The translations under genes and the position numbers were made by a program. The notes below the pieces were generated by a model, which was not told the DNA's origin, ran no database searches, and saw nothing but the letters and a program-made list of their open reading frames with translations. A stretch of 64,000 nucleotides of DNA from Eledone cirrhosa (lineage: Eukaryota), in contig OZ024761.1 in NCBI GenBank assembly GCA_964016885.1, positions 3,782,001 to 3,846,000 on the forward strand, in the 5' to 3' direction. Below are positions 25,009-38,041 of this stretch, piece by piece (the stretch's first letter is position 1; the number at the start of each line of letters is the position of its first letter).

Positions 25009-25461
25009 TTCTATTAGTTTGCCGTAATAAATTTTTAACTGGAAAATTCGCCCCAAAAAGGGGCGAAAATAAATAAACTCAAAGTTTGACGACCAAGGCA
25101 AGGGGTTAACGTATATTACAGTATAAAAAAATTAATCAAAACTCACTTTTTGAGTAAGTAAATCCGACTCGGTAGCCGAGCTTGTTCACACACGTCAACA
25201 CACGTCTCTCGTATACGAGATGTTATGTGAGATATTATGTGAGGTAAAGCCTTTACTGTCAAAATACAATAGTATATATAGAGTACTGTAAATGTTATGT
25301 GAGATATTATGTAAGGTAAAGCCTTTACTGTCAAAATACAATAGTATATATAGAGTACTGTAAATGTTATGTGAGATATTATGTAAGGTAAAGCCTTTAC
25401 TGTGAAAATATAATAGTATATATGGAGTAATGTAAATGGAAAAGAGTTAAATAGCTATTAA

Positions 25462-25638
25462 TCCTTTAGCATATTATCTTACATAATATCTCACATAATA
25501 TCGAATCTATGAGATTTTGATATCATTTATTTTGAAAACAATACCTTAACATCAGTATGAGTGGCCAGTTACAGCTGGTTTGTACAGAAAAAGTTGAGAG
25601 AATTCTGGCTGGATATGGCTGGTTTAAATGCTAAAAGG
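25462..25638. mobile_element. Short copy of the same piggyBac-type element, opposite orientation, with only a fragment of the 72-bp unit
   Basis: TTAA|TCCTTTAGC ... GCTAAAAGG|TTAA. The body matches 31607-31729 and the reverse complement of 19164-19300. Confidence 0.75.
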
Positions 25639-25687
25639 TTAAAGAGAAGACATATGAAACTATAAATAGATTACAATATATATATAT

Positions 25688-25940
25688 ATCATCATCATCA
25701 TCCATGCTAGCATGGGTTAGACGGGATTGTCCCACTTGAGGCAAGATTGGTCGGGAGACCGTCTCTTGCTCGTATAGGACTGTATCTGGCAGGTTTTCTA
25801 CAGCTGGATGCCCATCCTAATACCAACCACTTTACAGTGTGGACTGGGAGCCTTTTTACTGTGTCTCCTACATGATCACTTTACAGTGTGGACTGGATGT
25901 TCTGTGGTACCAACATAACTTTACAGAGAAAGGATGGTGT
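25688..25940 (-). mobile_element. SINE/RTE 3' tail fragment
   Basis: (CAT)n followed by CTACAGCTGGATGCCC..CCTAATACCAACC and 48-bp-like units. Confidence 0.65.
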
Positions 25941-26422
25941 AATATATATAGTGGTGGACTGGCTAGGTTGTCAGGTTGCCCAGTGGCAGTATTTTAGGGG
26001 CTAATACTTTGCATTAAAAACAATCTGAAGTCTTAGAGAAAGAATAAAAATCTAAAAAAACAAAATAAACAATTAAGCAAAGCATTTGGTGTGTTAATTC
26101 CCGAGGGAATTAATACATTGAACTAAATTTATAGCTTACTGTATTTATTCATGCATACATACAATAATGATGGCTGCCCCCTTGATATCGAGTATGGCCA
26201 TTGCACAAGAACCCCCCCCCCCAAACCCATAATAATAACAATAATAATAATAATAACAACAATAATAATAACGACAACAACAACAATAATAACATACATA
26301 TATATATATACACACACGCGCACACACATAAACATATCTACACACAAACACACACAATAGCAATAAACAGCGCTGCGATCGAATGACATAATGTTGTAAT
26401 CTTGTATCAGTAATGACGGTAA

Positions 26423-26895
26423 TCATCATCATCATCATCATCATCAACGTTTAACGTCTGTGTTCCACGCTTGCATGGGTTTGGACGGGAGTTTTCCCAC
26501 TTGAGGCAAGAGTGGTTGTCTTGCTCACATAGGACTGTCTGGCGGGTTTTCTACAGCTGGATGCCCTTCCTAACACCAACCACATTTACAGTGTGGGGCT
26601 GGGAGGTTTTTACCGTGTTGCCTACACGACCACATTACAGCGTGGACTGTGTGTTTTTTTGTCGTGACACCTACACGATCTCATTTGTTTCGGCCTGGAT
26701 GTTGTGGCACCAACATAACTTTACATTGAAAGGGGCGGTGTGGATGGGGTGGGGGTGGGTGGGACGGGGGTGTATTTTGTTAGAGATGCCTACTGACTGT
26801 AGTAGGTTTTACTTTGTATTTAGGTAAGGCGAGTCTTCTCTATTACTGAGTACCGCCAAAGGTCTCGGTCCAGTGACATTGTCTTGGTGAGGTGT
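26423..26895 (-). mobile_element. RTE-clade LINE 3' fragment
   Basis: Near-identical to 5994-6570. Encodes TMSLDRDLWRYSVIEKTRLT-stop. Confidence 0.85.
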
Positions 26896-26996
26896 AATAT
26901 ATATATATATATGTGTGTGTGTATGTGTGAGTAGTGTGTGTGTTTGTTTGTATGCATGAGTGTTGATGTGTACATACAATAATAAAGGCATACATA

Positions 26997-27109
<113 letters not shown>

Positions 27110-27317
27110 GTATGTATAAGTTTATCCATACAGTGAAATTCTGTCATAATGAAATTCATGGGGTATAAAAAAGCATCGTTTTTTTGTGAACTGTTAAGTT
27201 TTTTTGGGTGGTTTTGTTTGATAGAACCAGAGCTGGTTCTGGACTGGGTTTCATATCAAATAGGTTAAATGTTTGCTCAACTATCACGTGGGTTCAGATT
27301 TGATCCCACTACAGGAC

Positions 27318-29940
27318 TCATCATCATCATTTTATGTCTGCTTTTCCCTGCTTGCAAGGATTGGACCGGTCCTATTCAGCACACCATCTTTCCACTTGTC
27401 ACGGTCCTTCGTCATCTCCTCGGCGAGTTTCAGTGATCTGAGGTCTGCTCTCACCACCTCTGCCCATGTTTTTCGTGGTCTTCCTGTACTGCGTTTTCCT
27501 TCTACTGGGATTTCCTGGCACTTCTTACCCAGCGGTCATCCTCCATGCGCATCACATGTCCATACCATCTCAGCCTTCTCTCCTGCACACCACAACTTAT
27601 CCCTCTTATACCCAGTTTCGTTCTCAACTCGTCTATGCTTGGTCGTTCACGCACATTGACATTGCACATCCACCGGAGCATACTTGCTTCATTTCTCTCC
27701 AGCCGTCGCATATCTTCTGTAGTTGTTACCCATGTCTCACTACCATGCAGCATCGCGCATCTCACACAGGCATCATATAACTGTCCTTTTGTACACAGGG
27801 AGAAACCCTTCTTTGTCAACAGAGGAAGCAGCTCCCTAAACTTCTTCCAACCCGTCCTTATTCTAGATACTATGGCCTCGAAGCACCCCCCTCCCATGCT
27901 AATCTGATCACCTAAGTACCGGAAGCTATCAACCACTTCTATAGAACCCACCTGCATTGGAATAATGAGTCTATCACAGCGATTACTACTGCCAACTTTC
28001 CCTGTAAATCTACTGCATACATTGTTTTCCCTACCCGTTAGTTTGCCTGCTATCCAACTACATCTCTTGTGTACCCAAGATCTGCATTGCATACATTTTA
28101 TGGAATTTATGCCAGTTCCTTTCCTATATCGAACATGGCCATTTCCCTGATGGAATCAGAGTATTGTCCTCTCTTCTACTTATGAACACTTTTGTTTTAG
28201 CTATGTTCACTCTCAGGCCTCTTGATTCCAACTGCTGTTTCCATAGCCAGAATTTATTCTCTAGCTCCTCTACTGATTCTGCTATAAGAACCAGATCATC
28301 AGCATAGAGAAGTTCCTATGGGCATCCAGTCTTAAGCTCCTCTGTTATAGCTTGGAGGACTATAATGAACAAGAGTGGGCTGAGGACCAAACCTTGATGT
28401 ACATCTACTTGTATCTTGAATTCCTCACTAAACTCCATTCCTATTCTCACTTTACTGACAGCACCCCTGTACATAGTTTACACTGTCCTCACAAGCCATT
28501 CCTCAACGCCTAGTTTCCTTAGGGACCACCAGATGACAGATCGGGGTACCCTATCAAAGGCCTTCTCTAGGTCAACAAAAGCTAAGTATAGTGGCTTATT
28601 CTTCTCTAAGAACCTCTCTTGTAGTTGCCCCACTAAAAAGAGGGCATCTGTTGTACTTTTTCCAGGTACAAAACCAAACTGCATCTCATCTAGTTTGACC
28701 CTTTCTCTAATCAGTTGTGCTAATATCCTTTCTGCCACTTTCATAACCTGATCCATCAGTTTTATACCCCTATAATTGCTCCTTTCTAGAGCATCCCCTT
28801 TACCTTTGTAGCAATTTATGAGAATACTGCTGCTCCAGTCTTTGGGTATGACACCACCATATATAGCCTGATTGATGATGCATGCAACCAGTTTAGTGCC
28901 TACGTCCCCTGATGCCTTCAGCATCTCAGCAACTATCCCCGACGGTCCAACAGCCTTACCATTCTTCATTTCTTAATTGCCTCTTGTACCCTATATTCGT
29001 CAATCTCAATAGCTGGTCCCTTTGTCGGATCTACTGGGGATAATTCCACTCTGTCCCATTCGTTCTCTACATTCATCAGTCTCTCATAATGACATTTCCA
29101 GGCTTCCTTCTTTTGATCATTCGTGACACTAAGTACACCGGCATCATTCCGGACACATTTATCTCCAACAACATCCTGATTTGCACTGACACACTGCCTT
29201 GTGGAACACCACATGTCTCTGATCTTCCCATCACAGAACATTGGCAAACCTCCTACTCTCAGCCTCCCTGCGTGCTAAGTACACCTGGCCTCTAGCTTCT
29301 TTCTTAGCAGCTGTGTATCCGTCTCTACTCCCACCATTTTTCCAAGCTTTCCATGCTAGTCTTTTGTCTCTAATGGCCCTATCTACTGTGCTGTTCCACC
29401 ACCAGGTCACTCTTTGTCTGGTTGGAGCTCTGCCCCAACCACAAGTTTCATCAGTAGCCTGCAGTAAGTTGTCACATAAGAAATTCCAGTTATCATCCAT
29501 GTCATACGTCTCTAAATCGTTTTCTTTTTCGTCGTACACGTCTTGAAAGGCTTTCCTAAATTTGTATTTTAGTGAAAGGTCTTTTAGCTTCCAAACCTTT
29601 CTTCTCCACACCTTCCTGTATGTCTCATTCCGTCTCTTGCTTACTGAGATATCACTAACGACTAACCTATGCTGTGGGGTACATTCTTCCCCAGGGTAAG
29701 CCTTAGTATTTGACACCATCCATCTGTCTCGCTGTCTAACTAGCAGGAAGTCAATCTGGCTTATGTGTTCGTCTGATTTGTAAGTTATTAGGTGGTTAGT
29801 AGGCTTCTGGAAGTTAGTGTTGCAAATGGTCAGTGCATTTGCATCACAAAATTCAAGAAGCCTCACTCCTTCTTCATTTCTTGAGCCGTAACCGTGCCTA
29901 CCATGTACCCCAGTGTATCCATCCTGGAGCTGTCCAATTG
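27318..29940 (-). mobile_element. Decayed RTE-clade LINE (APE + RT, frameshifted), 5'-truncated
   Basis: RNEEGVRLLEFC...SQIDF (APE); GKAVGPSGI, NYRGIKL, QFGFVPGKST, DLEKAFDRV, LYADD (RT); RRLRWYGHV; (TGA)n tail. Broken into several ORFs. Confidence 0.93.
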
Positions 29941-30590
29941 AAGCAAAATGTTGCGATGGACACAGACAGGGGTAGATAGTTAAGGTGTTCACTTTGTAGC
30001 CATGTGGTTTTTATTTCAATATCACTCTATGGCACCTTTTTTAATTGCCGGAAGCTCTGTATCAATTAAAGCCTTCTGAGTGAATTTACGTAGACAGAGA
30101 CAGAGCAGAAACCCATCAGATGGATTATACCTCTTCCTGTTCTTGAGTAGCAGACTTAATCTGTTGTCCAGTTCTAACATCATCATCATCATAACACGCA
30201 CCATGACAACCCACCATCTAGCTGTTGGAGGCCTTCAACAGAGCCCACTTGGTTGCAAGCATTCAAGCCAGTTAACTTGTTTGAACATAAGGTTTTCTCT
30301 TTGGATCCAATCGACAAGATCCCAGACCTCATTTGCTTGTCATCAAACCAAATCCAGGAACTAATGTTTCCATAGGTCTTTCCATTGCTATCTACCAGTC
30401 ACAACTCCTGGCAGAAAAAGCAATCTGAAATAAAGTGTCTTGATCAAGGACATAATGCATCGACCGGTCCAGGAATTGAACTCACAAGGTCACCATTGTC
30501 AATCCAATTATGTAACCACTAAGCCAAATACATTCACTTTAAAATTATAAAACATTGATGCAACAGTCTATTTATATTAAATTTGTTTAA

Positions 30591-31729
30591 CCCTTTAGTC
30601 TTTACATTACTCTATATATACTATTGTATTTTCATGGTAAAGGCTTTACCTCACATAATATCTCACATAACATTTACATTACTCTATATATACTATTGTA
30701 TTATCACAGTAAAGGTTTTACCTCACATAATATCTCACATAACATTTACATTACTCTATATATACTATTGTATTTTCACAGTAAAGGCTTTACCTCACAT
30801 AATATCTCACATAACATTTACATTAATCTATATATACTATTGTATTTTCACAGTAAAGGCTTTACCTCACATAATATCTCACATAACATTTACATTAATC
30901 TATATATACCATTGTATTTTCACAGTAAAGGCTTTACCTCACATAATATCTCACATAACATTTACATTACTCTATATATACCATTGTATTTTCACAGTAA
31001 AGGCTTTACCTCACATAATATCTCACATAACATTTACATTACTCTATATATACTATTGTATTTTCACAATAAAGGCTTTACCTCACATAATATCTCACAT
31101 AACATTTACATTACTCTATATATACTATTGTATTTTCACAGTAAAGACTTTACCTCACATAATATCTCACATAACATTTACATTACTCTATATATACCAT
31201 TGTATTTTCACAGTAAAGGCTTTACCTCACATAATATCTCACATAACATTTACATTACTCTATATATACCATTGTATTTTCACAGTAAAGGCTTTACCTC
31301 ACATAATATCTCACATAACATTTACATTACTCTATATATACCATTGTATTTTCACAGTAAAGACTTTACCTCACATAATATCTCACATAACATTTATATT
31401 ACTCTATATATACCATTGTATTTTCACAGTAAAGGCTTTACCTCACATAATATCTCACATAACATTTACATTACTCTATATATACCATTGTATTTTCACA
31501 GTAAAGGCTTTACCTCACATAATATCTCACATAACATTTACATTACTCTATATATACCATTGTATTTTCACAGTAAAGGCTTTACCTCACATAATATCTC
31601 ACATAATGTCGAATCTATGAGATTTTTAATGTTTATTTTGAGAAAAATACCTTAATGTCAGTATGAGGCACTGAACAGAAAGAGATGAAAGAATTCTGGC
31701 CGAATATGAAAGGTTTAAATGCTAAAGGG
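30591..31729. mobile_element. Intact piggyBac-type non-autonomous element carrying ~14 x 72-bp repeats (empty Tx1 target array)
   Basis: TTAA|CCCTTTAG ... CTAAAGGG|TTAA, i.e. TTAA duplication and CCCTTTAG terminal inverted repeats. 72-bp units at 30601-31606. Confidence 0.85.
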
Positions 31730-32157
31730 TTAAGTTAAATAAATAATCAGTCCCCAACATCTCTGCCACAGTCATGTTGCTCATTCTGGCCAGTGTCACA
31801 TCCCTAAAACACAGTTTTTAATTCATGAACACCATGTATCACTTTCGACATCACAACCATTACTCATTTCCCTTGACAAACACAACTATGTAAACCTAAC
31901 TTTTATTAATGATGTCATTTGTAAACTGTCTTTATTGTTTTGTTTAATTATAGTTGATTACTTTCAAAGCTGAAACTTGTTACCAGCTGTTTTATTAGCT
32001 ACTGTACTGGGCGAGGCAGGGCCTACATAGCAGCTGGCACACACTAAATAAATAATATCATAATCACCATTTCATCTCCTATACGCTAGCATGGGTTGGA
32101 CAAGTTGTCCTGGTGTGAGACAAGTCAGACACCAATACAACCACTTTACAATGTGGA

Positions 32158-33680
32158 TCATCATCATCATCATCACCGTTTTGCGTTCTTTTTCCATACT
32201 AGCATGGGTTAGATGAGTTGTCCTGTTGTGGGCAATGCCAGGTCAGGTGACCGTATATTGCTTGTACAGAACTGATTTTGGCTTGGTTTCTACAGCTGGA
32301 TGCCCTCCCTAACACCAACCTCATTTGCAGTGTTGACTGGGTACTTTTTGTTGTGACACCTACATGACCACTTTACAGTGTTGGCTGGTGCTTTTTGTTG
32401 TGACACTTACATGACCACTTTACAGTGTGGACTGGGTGCTTTTTGTTGTGACACCTACACGACCACTTTACAGTGTGGACTGGGTACTTTTTGTTGTGAA
32501 ACCTACATGACCACTTTACAGTGTGGACTGGGTACTTTTTGTTGTGACACCTACACAACCACTTTACAGTGTTGGCTGGTGCATTGTGTTGTGACACCTA
32601 CATGACCATTTTACAGTGTGGACTGGGTACTTTTTGTTGTGACACCTACATGACCACTTTACAGTGTGGACTGGGTATTTTTTGTTGTGACACCTACATG
32701 ACCACTTTACAGTGTGGACTGGGTACTTTTTGTTGTGACACCTACACAACCACTTTACAGTGTGGACTGGGAACTTTTTGTTGTGACACCTACATGACCA
32801 CTTTACAGTGTGGACTGGGTGATTTTTATTGTGAAACCTACACAACCACTTTACAGGCTGGACTGGGTGATTTTTGTTGTGACACTTACATGACCATTTT
32901 ACAGTGTGGACTGGGTACTTTTTGTTGTGACACCTACATGACCACTTTACAGTGTGGACTGGGTACTTTTTGTTGTGACACCTACATGACCACTTTACAG
33001 TGTGGACTGGGTGATTTTTGTTGTGACCCCTACATGACCACTTTACAGTGTGGACTGGGTATTTTTTGTTATGACACCTACATGACCACTTTACAGTGTG
33101 GACTGGGTGCTTTTTGTTGTGACACCTACATGACCACTTTACAGTGTGGACTGGGTACTTTTTGTTGTGACACCTACACAACCACTTTACAGTGTGGACT
33201 GGGAACTTTTTGTTGTGACACCTACATGACCACTTTACAGTGTGGACTGGGTGATTTTTATTGTGAAACCTACACAACCACTTTACAGGCTGGACTGGGT
33301 GATTTTTGTTGTGACACTTACATGACCATTTTACAGTGTGGACTGGGTACTTTTTGTTGTGACACCTACATGACCACTTTACAGTGTGGACTGGGTACTT
33401 TTTGTTGTGACACCTACATGACCACTTTACAGTGTGGACTGGGTGATTTTTGTTGTGACCCCTACATGACCACTTTACAGTGTGGACTGGGTATTTTTTG
33501 TTATGACACCTACATGACCACTTTACAGTGTGGACTGGGTGCTTTTTGTTGTGACACCTACATGACCACCTTACAGTGTGGACTCGGTGCTTTTTGTTGT
33601 GACACCTACATGGCCACTTTACAGTATGAACTGGGTGATTTTTGTCATGACTCCTTCATGAGCACTTTACAGTGTGGACC
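32158..33680 (-). repeat. SINE/RTE tail with 48-bp minisatellite expansion (~28 units)
   Basis: Unit ACTTTACAGTGTGGACTGGGTACTTTTTGTTGTGACACCTACATGACC, the reverse-complement relative of the 18290 array. It is adjacent to CTACAGCTGGATGCCCTCCCTAACACC and (CAT)n. Confidence 0.9.
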
Positions 33681-33719
33681 GAAAATAAAAAACAAAATTA
33701 GAACTTGAATTTTAGCAGC

Positions 33720-33774
33720 GAGGTATACAGTCCTGATGAAGGGGAATGACCCAGAAACATGTTGGCTGTTCCTC
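33720..33774 (+). ncRNA. Minimal type I hammerhead ribozyme
   Basis: gagg-tat-acagtc-CTGATGA-aggg(gaatga)ccca-GAA-ACATGT-T-ggctgt-t-cctc. Complete core, palindromic stem III, bulged stem I. Confidence 0.8.
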
Positions 33775-33919
33775 AATGCTACTGTTGAACAAATGGATGA
33801 AGCTTATGGAGGAGATGACGAAAGACTGTGATGAATGGAGAGATGCCATGCTTAATAAGACCCATCCCTCCCTTGCAAGCAGGGAAAAGTGGACGTAAAA
33901 TGATGATGATGATGATATA

Positions 33920-35280
33920 TCTATACTATAAAGCTGACGGCCGTATATAGGTAACAAACTTTCCGCCAAGCTGCTGGACCAAACAGCACCAAATTTGCAC
34001 CATAGATGTAACTTTTTCAAAGTAAAAAAGTGAGGGTACTTTCGTCTACTAAATTTTGTTAAAAGATTAAAGACATTATTTAAATATTCACTTCTTTAAA
34101 ATTTTCAAATGTCGACACTTCCGGTTATACAACATTCCTAACATCTTCATGAACCAAAGTATCATCTTCTTTTTTTCTTTCGGGTGCAACGTTTTTCGAA
34201 ATATTTACTTCTGCGTTCACAGATTGATTTTTTTTAGTTTCAGAAGATCCCGTTAAGGGTGAAAGCAGCGATTCTTTGTTTAAACTTTAATCTGTTATTT
34301 TAATATATATGTATATAAAATTATATATTTGTGTACAGATATTTTTGCATACACAAAAACAAAATATAAACACGTATTTATTACACGAAAGCACAGACGG
34401 CTTAGCATCATTGTTACTGCCAATTTGCTACCCAAAAAGTCCCAACCTGGCCGCAAGATCAGATTTTCCAGAAGAAAAAAATGTTATTAGAGCAACGGAG
34501 AGACTAAGCTTCACGATTACTATCAACAAAGCTCAGGGTCAAACCCTAAAAGTGGCTGGCCTTCATCTGGGAAAACCATGGTCAATTGTGTGTAGGATGC
34601 TCTAGGGTGAGCTCGCCAAACAATCTCTTCATCTTTGCTCCCGAGAGCCGAACAAAAAATATTGTATACCCTGAGGCTCTAACAATTTCATTTATGTGTT
34701 TTCTGTTACTTGGAATTTCCATTATGGTTGGAATTTCCATTATATTGTAAAGTTTGTTAAAAAATGTGTTCTCTGTTCAACCTTTATTGTTGTAACTATC
34801 AATTTTCTTTAACGTACTGGCTGCTGAACTGAGGAATCCTAAAAACTATTCAAACCCAACATCAGAGCAATTTTATAACACCAAAGAAGAAGAAAGACAT
34901 ACCACGTATGCTAACCAACCTGATTGCTATTTCTAGCAGGTTGGGAATCAACCATAAGGGATTCTCTCTGCGAGTTCGTTGTCAGTGATGATCGTGTTTC
35001 GCGGCCTATGTCTTCGATTCCAGCGGTGGTTTACACACACACGCACAGGCACACACATGAACACTCACACAGGCACACACACATACACACACATATATAC
35101 ACACACACACACACATATATATACACACTCACACAAACACTCACACACACATATATATATATATAGACAAACACACACACACACTGTAAACAAGACAATC
35201 CATTCAATACAGACGTTTTCTCTTCTGCCGGTCTTCTCTTATCATTTGTTAACCTTGGCAAAGCTGGGTACCTCAGCTAG
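33920..35280 (+). mobile_element. Internally deleted Helitron with Pif1 helicase C-terminal remnant
   Basis: A|TCTATACTATAAAG 5' end and ...CTAG|T 3' end. 34500-34680 translates to RLSFTITINKAQGQTL, then after a frameshift HGQL.V..SRV...TKNIVY.EAL. A Penelope-type fragment is nested at ~34150-34305. Confidence 0.8.
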
Positions 35281-35382
35281 TATATATATATATATATCAC
35301 CCGGGTGAACCTACAGTAACTCCAAGTTATATATATATATATCCCTAGATATATATATATATATGATATATTGATAGATAGA

Positions 35383-35853
35383 AGAGGCGTAACTAGGGTA
35401 TAGGAAGCATGGCAAGTATCCTGGGTACGACATGAAGGGGGGGGGGGGGGTGGCACCACAGGGGGGGCGCCACTTGGACTAGGAGCACGTGCCATGGGTC
35501 CCATTGGACTAGGGGCAAGTTCTATTAAAGTCAAATAAACCTTGTCAGAGAGTGAGAAAAGAAACTCCATCAGATGTATGATCTGGCTCTATCATGGGTG
35601 AGAACACTATGGTGGCTGGATCATTAAACCATTTATATAAATTGTTAGACCTCCATAGGTAGAAATACAGTGCTGGGCAGGGGTGCAATATTACTGCTTG
35701 CCATAGGGGCTATTTTCCCTAGTTATATCCTCTGGGCAGGGACACAATATCACTGCTTGCCATAGGGGCTATTTTCCCTAGTTATATCCTCTGGACAGGG
35801 ACACAATATCACTGCTTGCCATAGGGGGCTATTTTCCCTAATTATATCCTCTG
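35383..35853. mobile_element. hAT-like MITE with triplicated right terminus
   Basis: Left end AGAGGCGTAACTAGGG is inverse to the right end CCCTAGTTATATCCTCTG. The right end occurs three times in ~60-bp tandem units (35675-35853). Confidence 0.5.
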
Positions 35854-35876
35854 ATACATACATACATACATACATA

Positions 35877-36996
35877 ATCAAAAACTCACACCCAGAGAAG
35901 TCGCTCAGCAGTATCGCAGTGAATCCATGGATGAAAAACTGCATGCTTATCAGCAAAAAATCATGCATTGATATGTTGCCAGGAAGTTCCAGAGTGAGAG
36001 TAATATAGATAAGGAAAATAGTTTATCTTGGACCAACAACCGTTATATTGGCTCCCACTTTGAAGGATACGCTTTAGCAATCCAAGAACAGGAAATCAAT
36101 ACAAAATACCTGATTCAAAATACAAAATACCTGATTCACAAAAGAGATAGGGATGCAGCCAAAACACCTAGATGTGATAACAAGTGCAGACTCTGCAGAA
36201 TTAACATCAACGATGTTACCCATGTCATAAGCAGTCCAAAGATGTCATCGCAGTACTATCTACCTATGAGGCATGATGTAGTGGCCAAATCACTGTACAA
36301 TGCAATCCGTAGAAAAGATAGCCCCGATAATAAACACATTAAAAGCTACAGCAATGTGGAAGACATCCATATACATAATATGAAAGAGTACTGGTGGAAT
36401 GTTCCAGTAAAAACCCCAATAAAATGCAGGTATCACAGATCAGATATTATATGGGACAGGGAAAAGAAGGCATGCACAGTAGTGGAAGTTAGCTGCCCAG
36501 CAGATGCCAATATAATATCAAAGATTAGCGAAAAGGAGAATATTTATGCTGAACTGATGAGAAATCTGCAGATACTCCACCCTGATTACACCTTCAGATT
36601 TATGCCTGTGATTATTGGGGCACTGGGATATGTTAGTAACTGCCTCAATACAAATCTTGAGAAACTGGGCTTCACAGGAACAGAAAGAACACAACTAGTT
36701 AGGAAATTACAAGTACAATCCATTAATGGAACAGTAAAAATATGTAAAACATTCCAAAAATTTTGCATCTAATAACTGCATATACACATGTACAGCTACA
36801 AAGCATATACACATGCTCACATACAACTCAAAACATACACATCCACACATACAATAACATCCATATCTACACATGCATGCATGCAGACATACATACATTA
36901 GTTAATGTGTAAATTCCAATGGGAGAGTCTTGTGTCTGTTAGAAACCGACTCTCTCTCTATTGGTAACACTTTGTGAAATTATAAAACCAGAACAA
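35877..36996 (+). mobile_element. 5'-truncated R4/Dong-like non-LTR retrotransposon (CCHC + restriction-like endonuclease)
   Basis: AIQEQEINTKY, CRLC...THV, RHDVVAK, WWN, DII..W..K....VEVSCP, PVIIGALG. Flanked by (TACA)n on both sides. Confidence 0.85.
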
Positions 36997-37010
36997 CATA
37001 CATACATACA

Positions 37011-37042
<32 letters not shown>

Positions 37043-37384
37043 CATACATATGTACACGGAGGTCCCAATAGTAACTATGTGTATATACATGTGTGTGTGT
37101 GTATATTCACGTGTGTGTGTGTGTATATACATGTGTGTACATGTGTCTATACATGTGTGTGTGTGTGTATATACATGTGTGTGTACATGTGTGTATACAT
37201 GTGTGTGTGTGTGTGTGTATACATGTGTGTGTATATACACGTGTGTGTGTACATGTGTATACATGTGTGTGTGTGTGTATATATACATGTCTGTGTATAT
37301 AATTAGTAATGTAATCTTATGCACCCATTATTTTCTACAACTGAAACTAATAAAACAATATATATATAATTGTACAATTATGTT

Positions 37385-37880
37385 TGAAGGTGTGTGTGTG
37401 TGTGTGGGGGGGGGGTTAGTGTGTGTAGGGGGCTACTGGTTAGTGTGTGTGTGTGTGTGGGAGGGAGGGGGGGTTAGTGTGTGTAGGGGCTACTGGTTAG
37501 TGTGTGTGTGTGTGTGGGAGGGAGGGGGGGGGGGGGTTAGTGTGTGTAGGGGGATACTGGTTAGTGGGGGGCGGGGGGGTAGTGTGTGTGTGTGGGGGGT
37601 ACTGGTTAGTATGTGTGTGTGTGGGGGGGTGGGGGGTAGTGTGTGTAGGGGGAGTACTGGTTAGTGTGTGTGTGTAGGGAGAGGTACTGGTTAGTGTGTG
37701 TGTGTGGGGGGGGCAGTGTGTGTAGGGGGTACTGGTTAGTGTGTGTGTGTAGGGAGAGGTACTGGTTAGTGTGTGTGTGTGTGGGGGGGGTAATGTGTGT
37801 AGGGGGTACTGGTTAGTGTGTGTGTGTGTGTGGGGGGGGGGGGGGGGTTAGTGTGTGTAGGGGGGTACTGGTTAGTGTGT
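37385..37880. repeat. G-rich degenerate minisatellite (GGGGTACTGGTTAGTGTGTGT with G-runs)
   Basis: Read directly from the sequence. Confidence 0.8.
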
Positions 37881-38004
37881 GTGTTGATGAGTTGTATGTG
37901 TGTGTGTGGGTGTGTGTTTGTTAGTGCATGTATGTGTTTATATGTGTTGGTGCGTGTATGTGTGTATGTGTATGTGTGTGTGCGTGTATGTCTGTGTGTG
38001 TGTA

Positions 38005-38041
<37 letters not shown>

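Larger units (their letters stand above)
19582..25220 (-). mobile_element. Full-length Tx1/L1-clade non-LTR retrotransposon, copy 1
   Basis: Two intact ORFs, 5' and 3' UTRs. The 3' end is AATAAAGAAACC with no poly(A). Both junctions lie in the 72-bp repeat. Confidence 0.95.
19164..25446. mobile_element. piggyBac-type non-autonomous element with internal 72-bp repeats, interrupted by a Tx1 LINE
   Basis: TTAA|CCCTTTAGCATTTAAAC at 19160-19180. Degenerate other end ...GGAAAAGAG|TTAA at 25446-25450. 72-bp units at 19296-19581 and 25220-25436. Confidence 0.75.

Noticed and set aside
30583-31655. Long ORFs of 343-345 aa (also 56741..58153, 32569..33708, 13169..14182, 580..1158)
   Set aside because: These are stop-free translations of tandem repeats and carry no domain signal.
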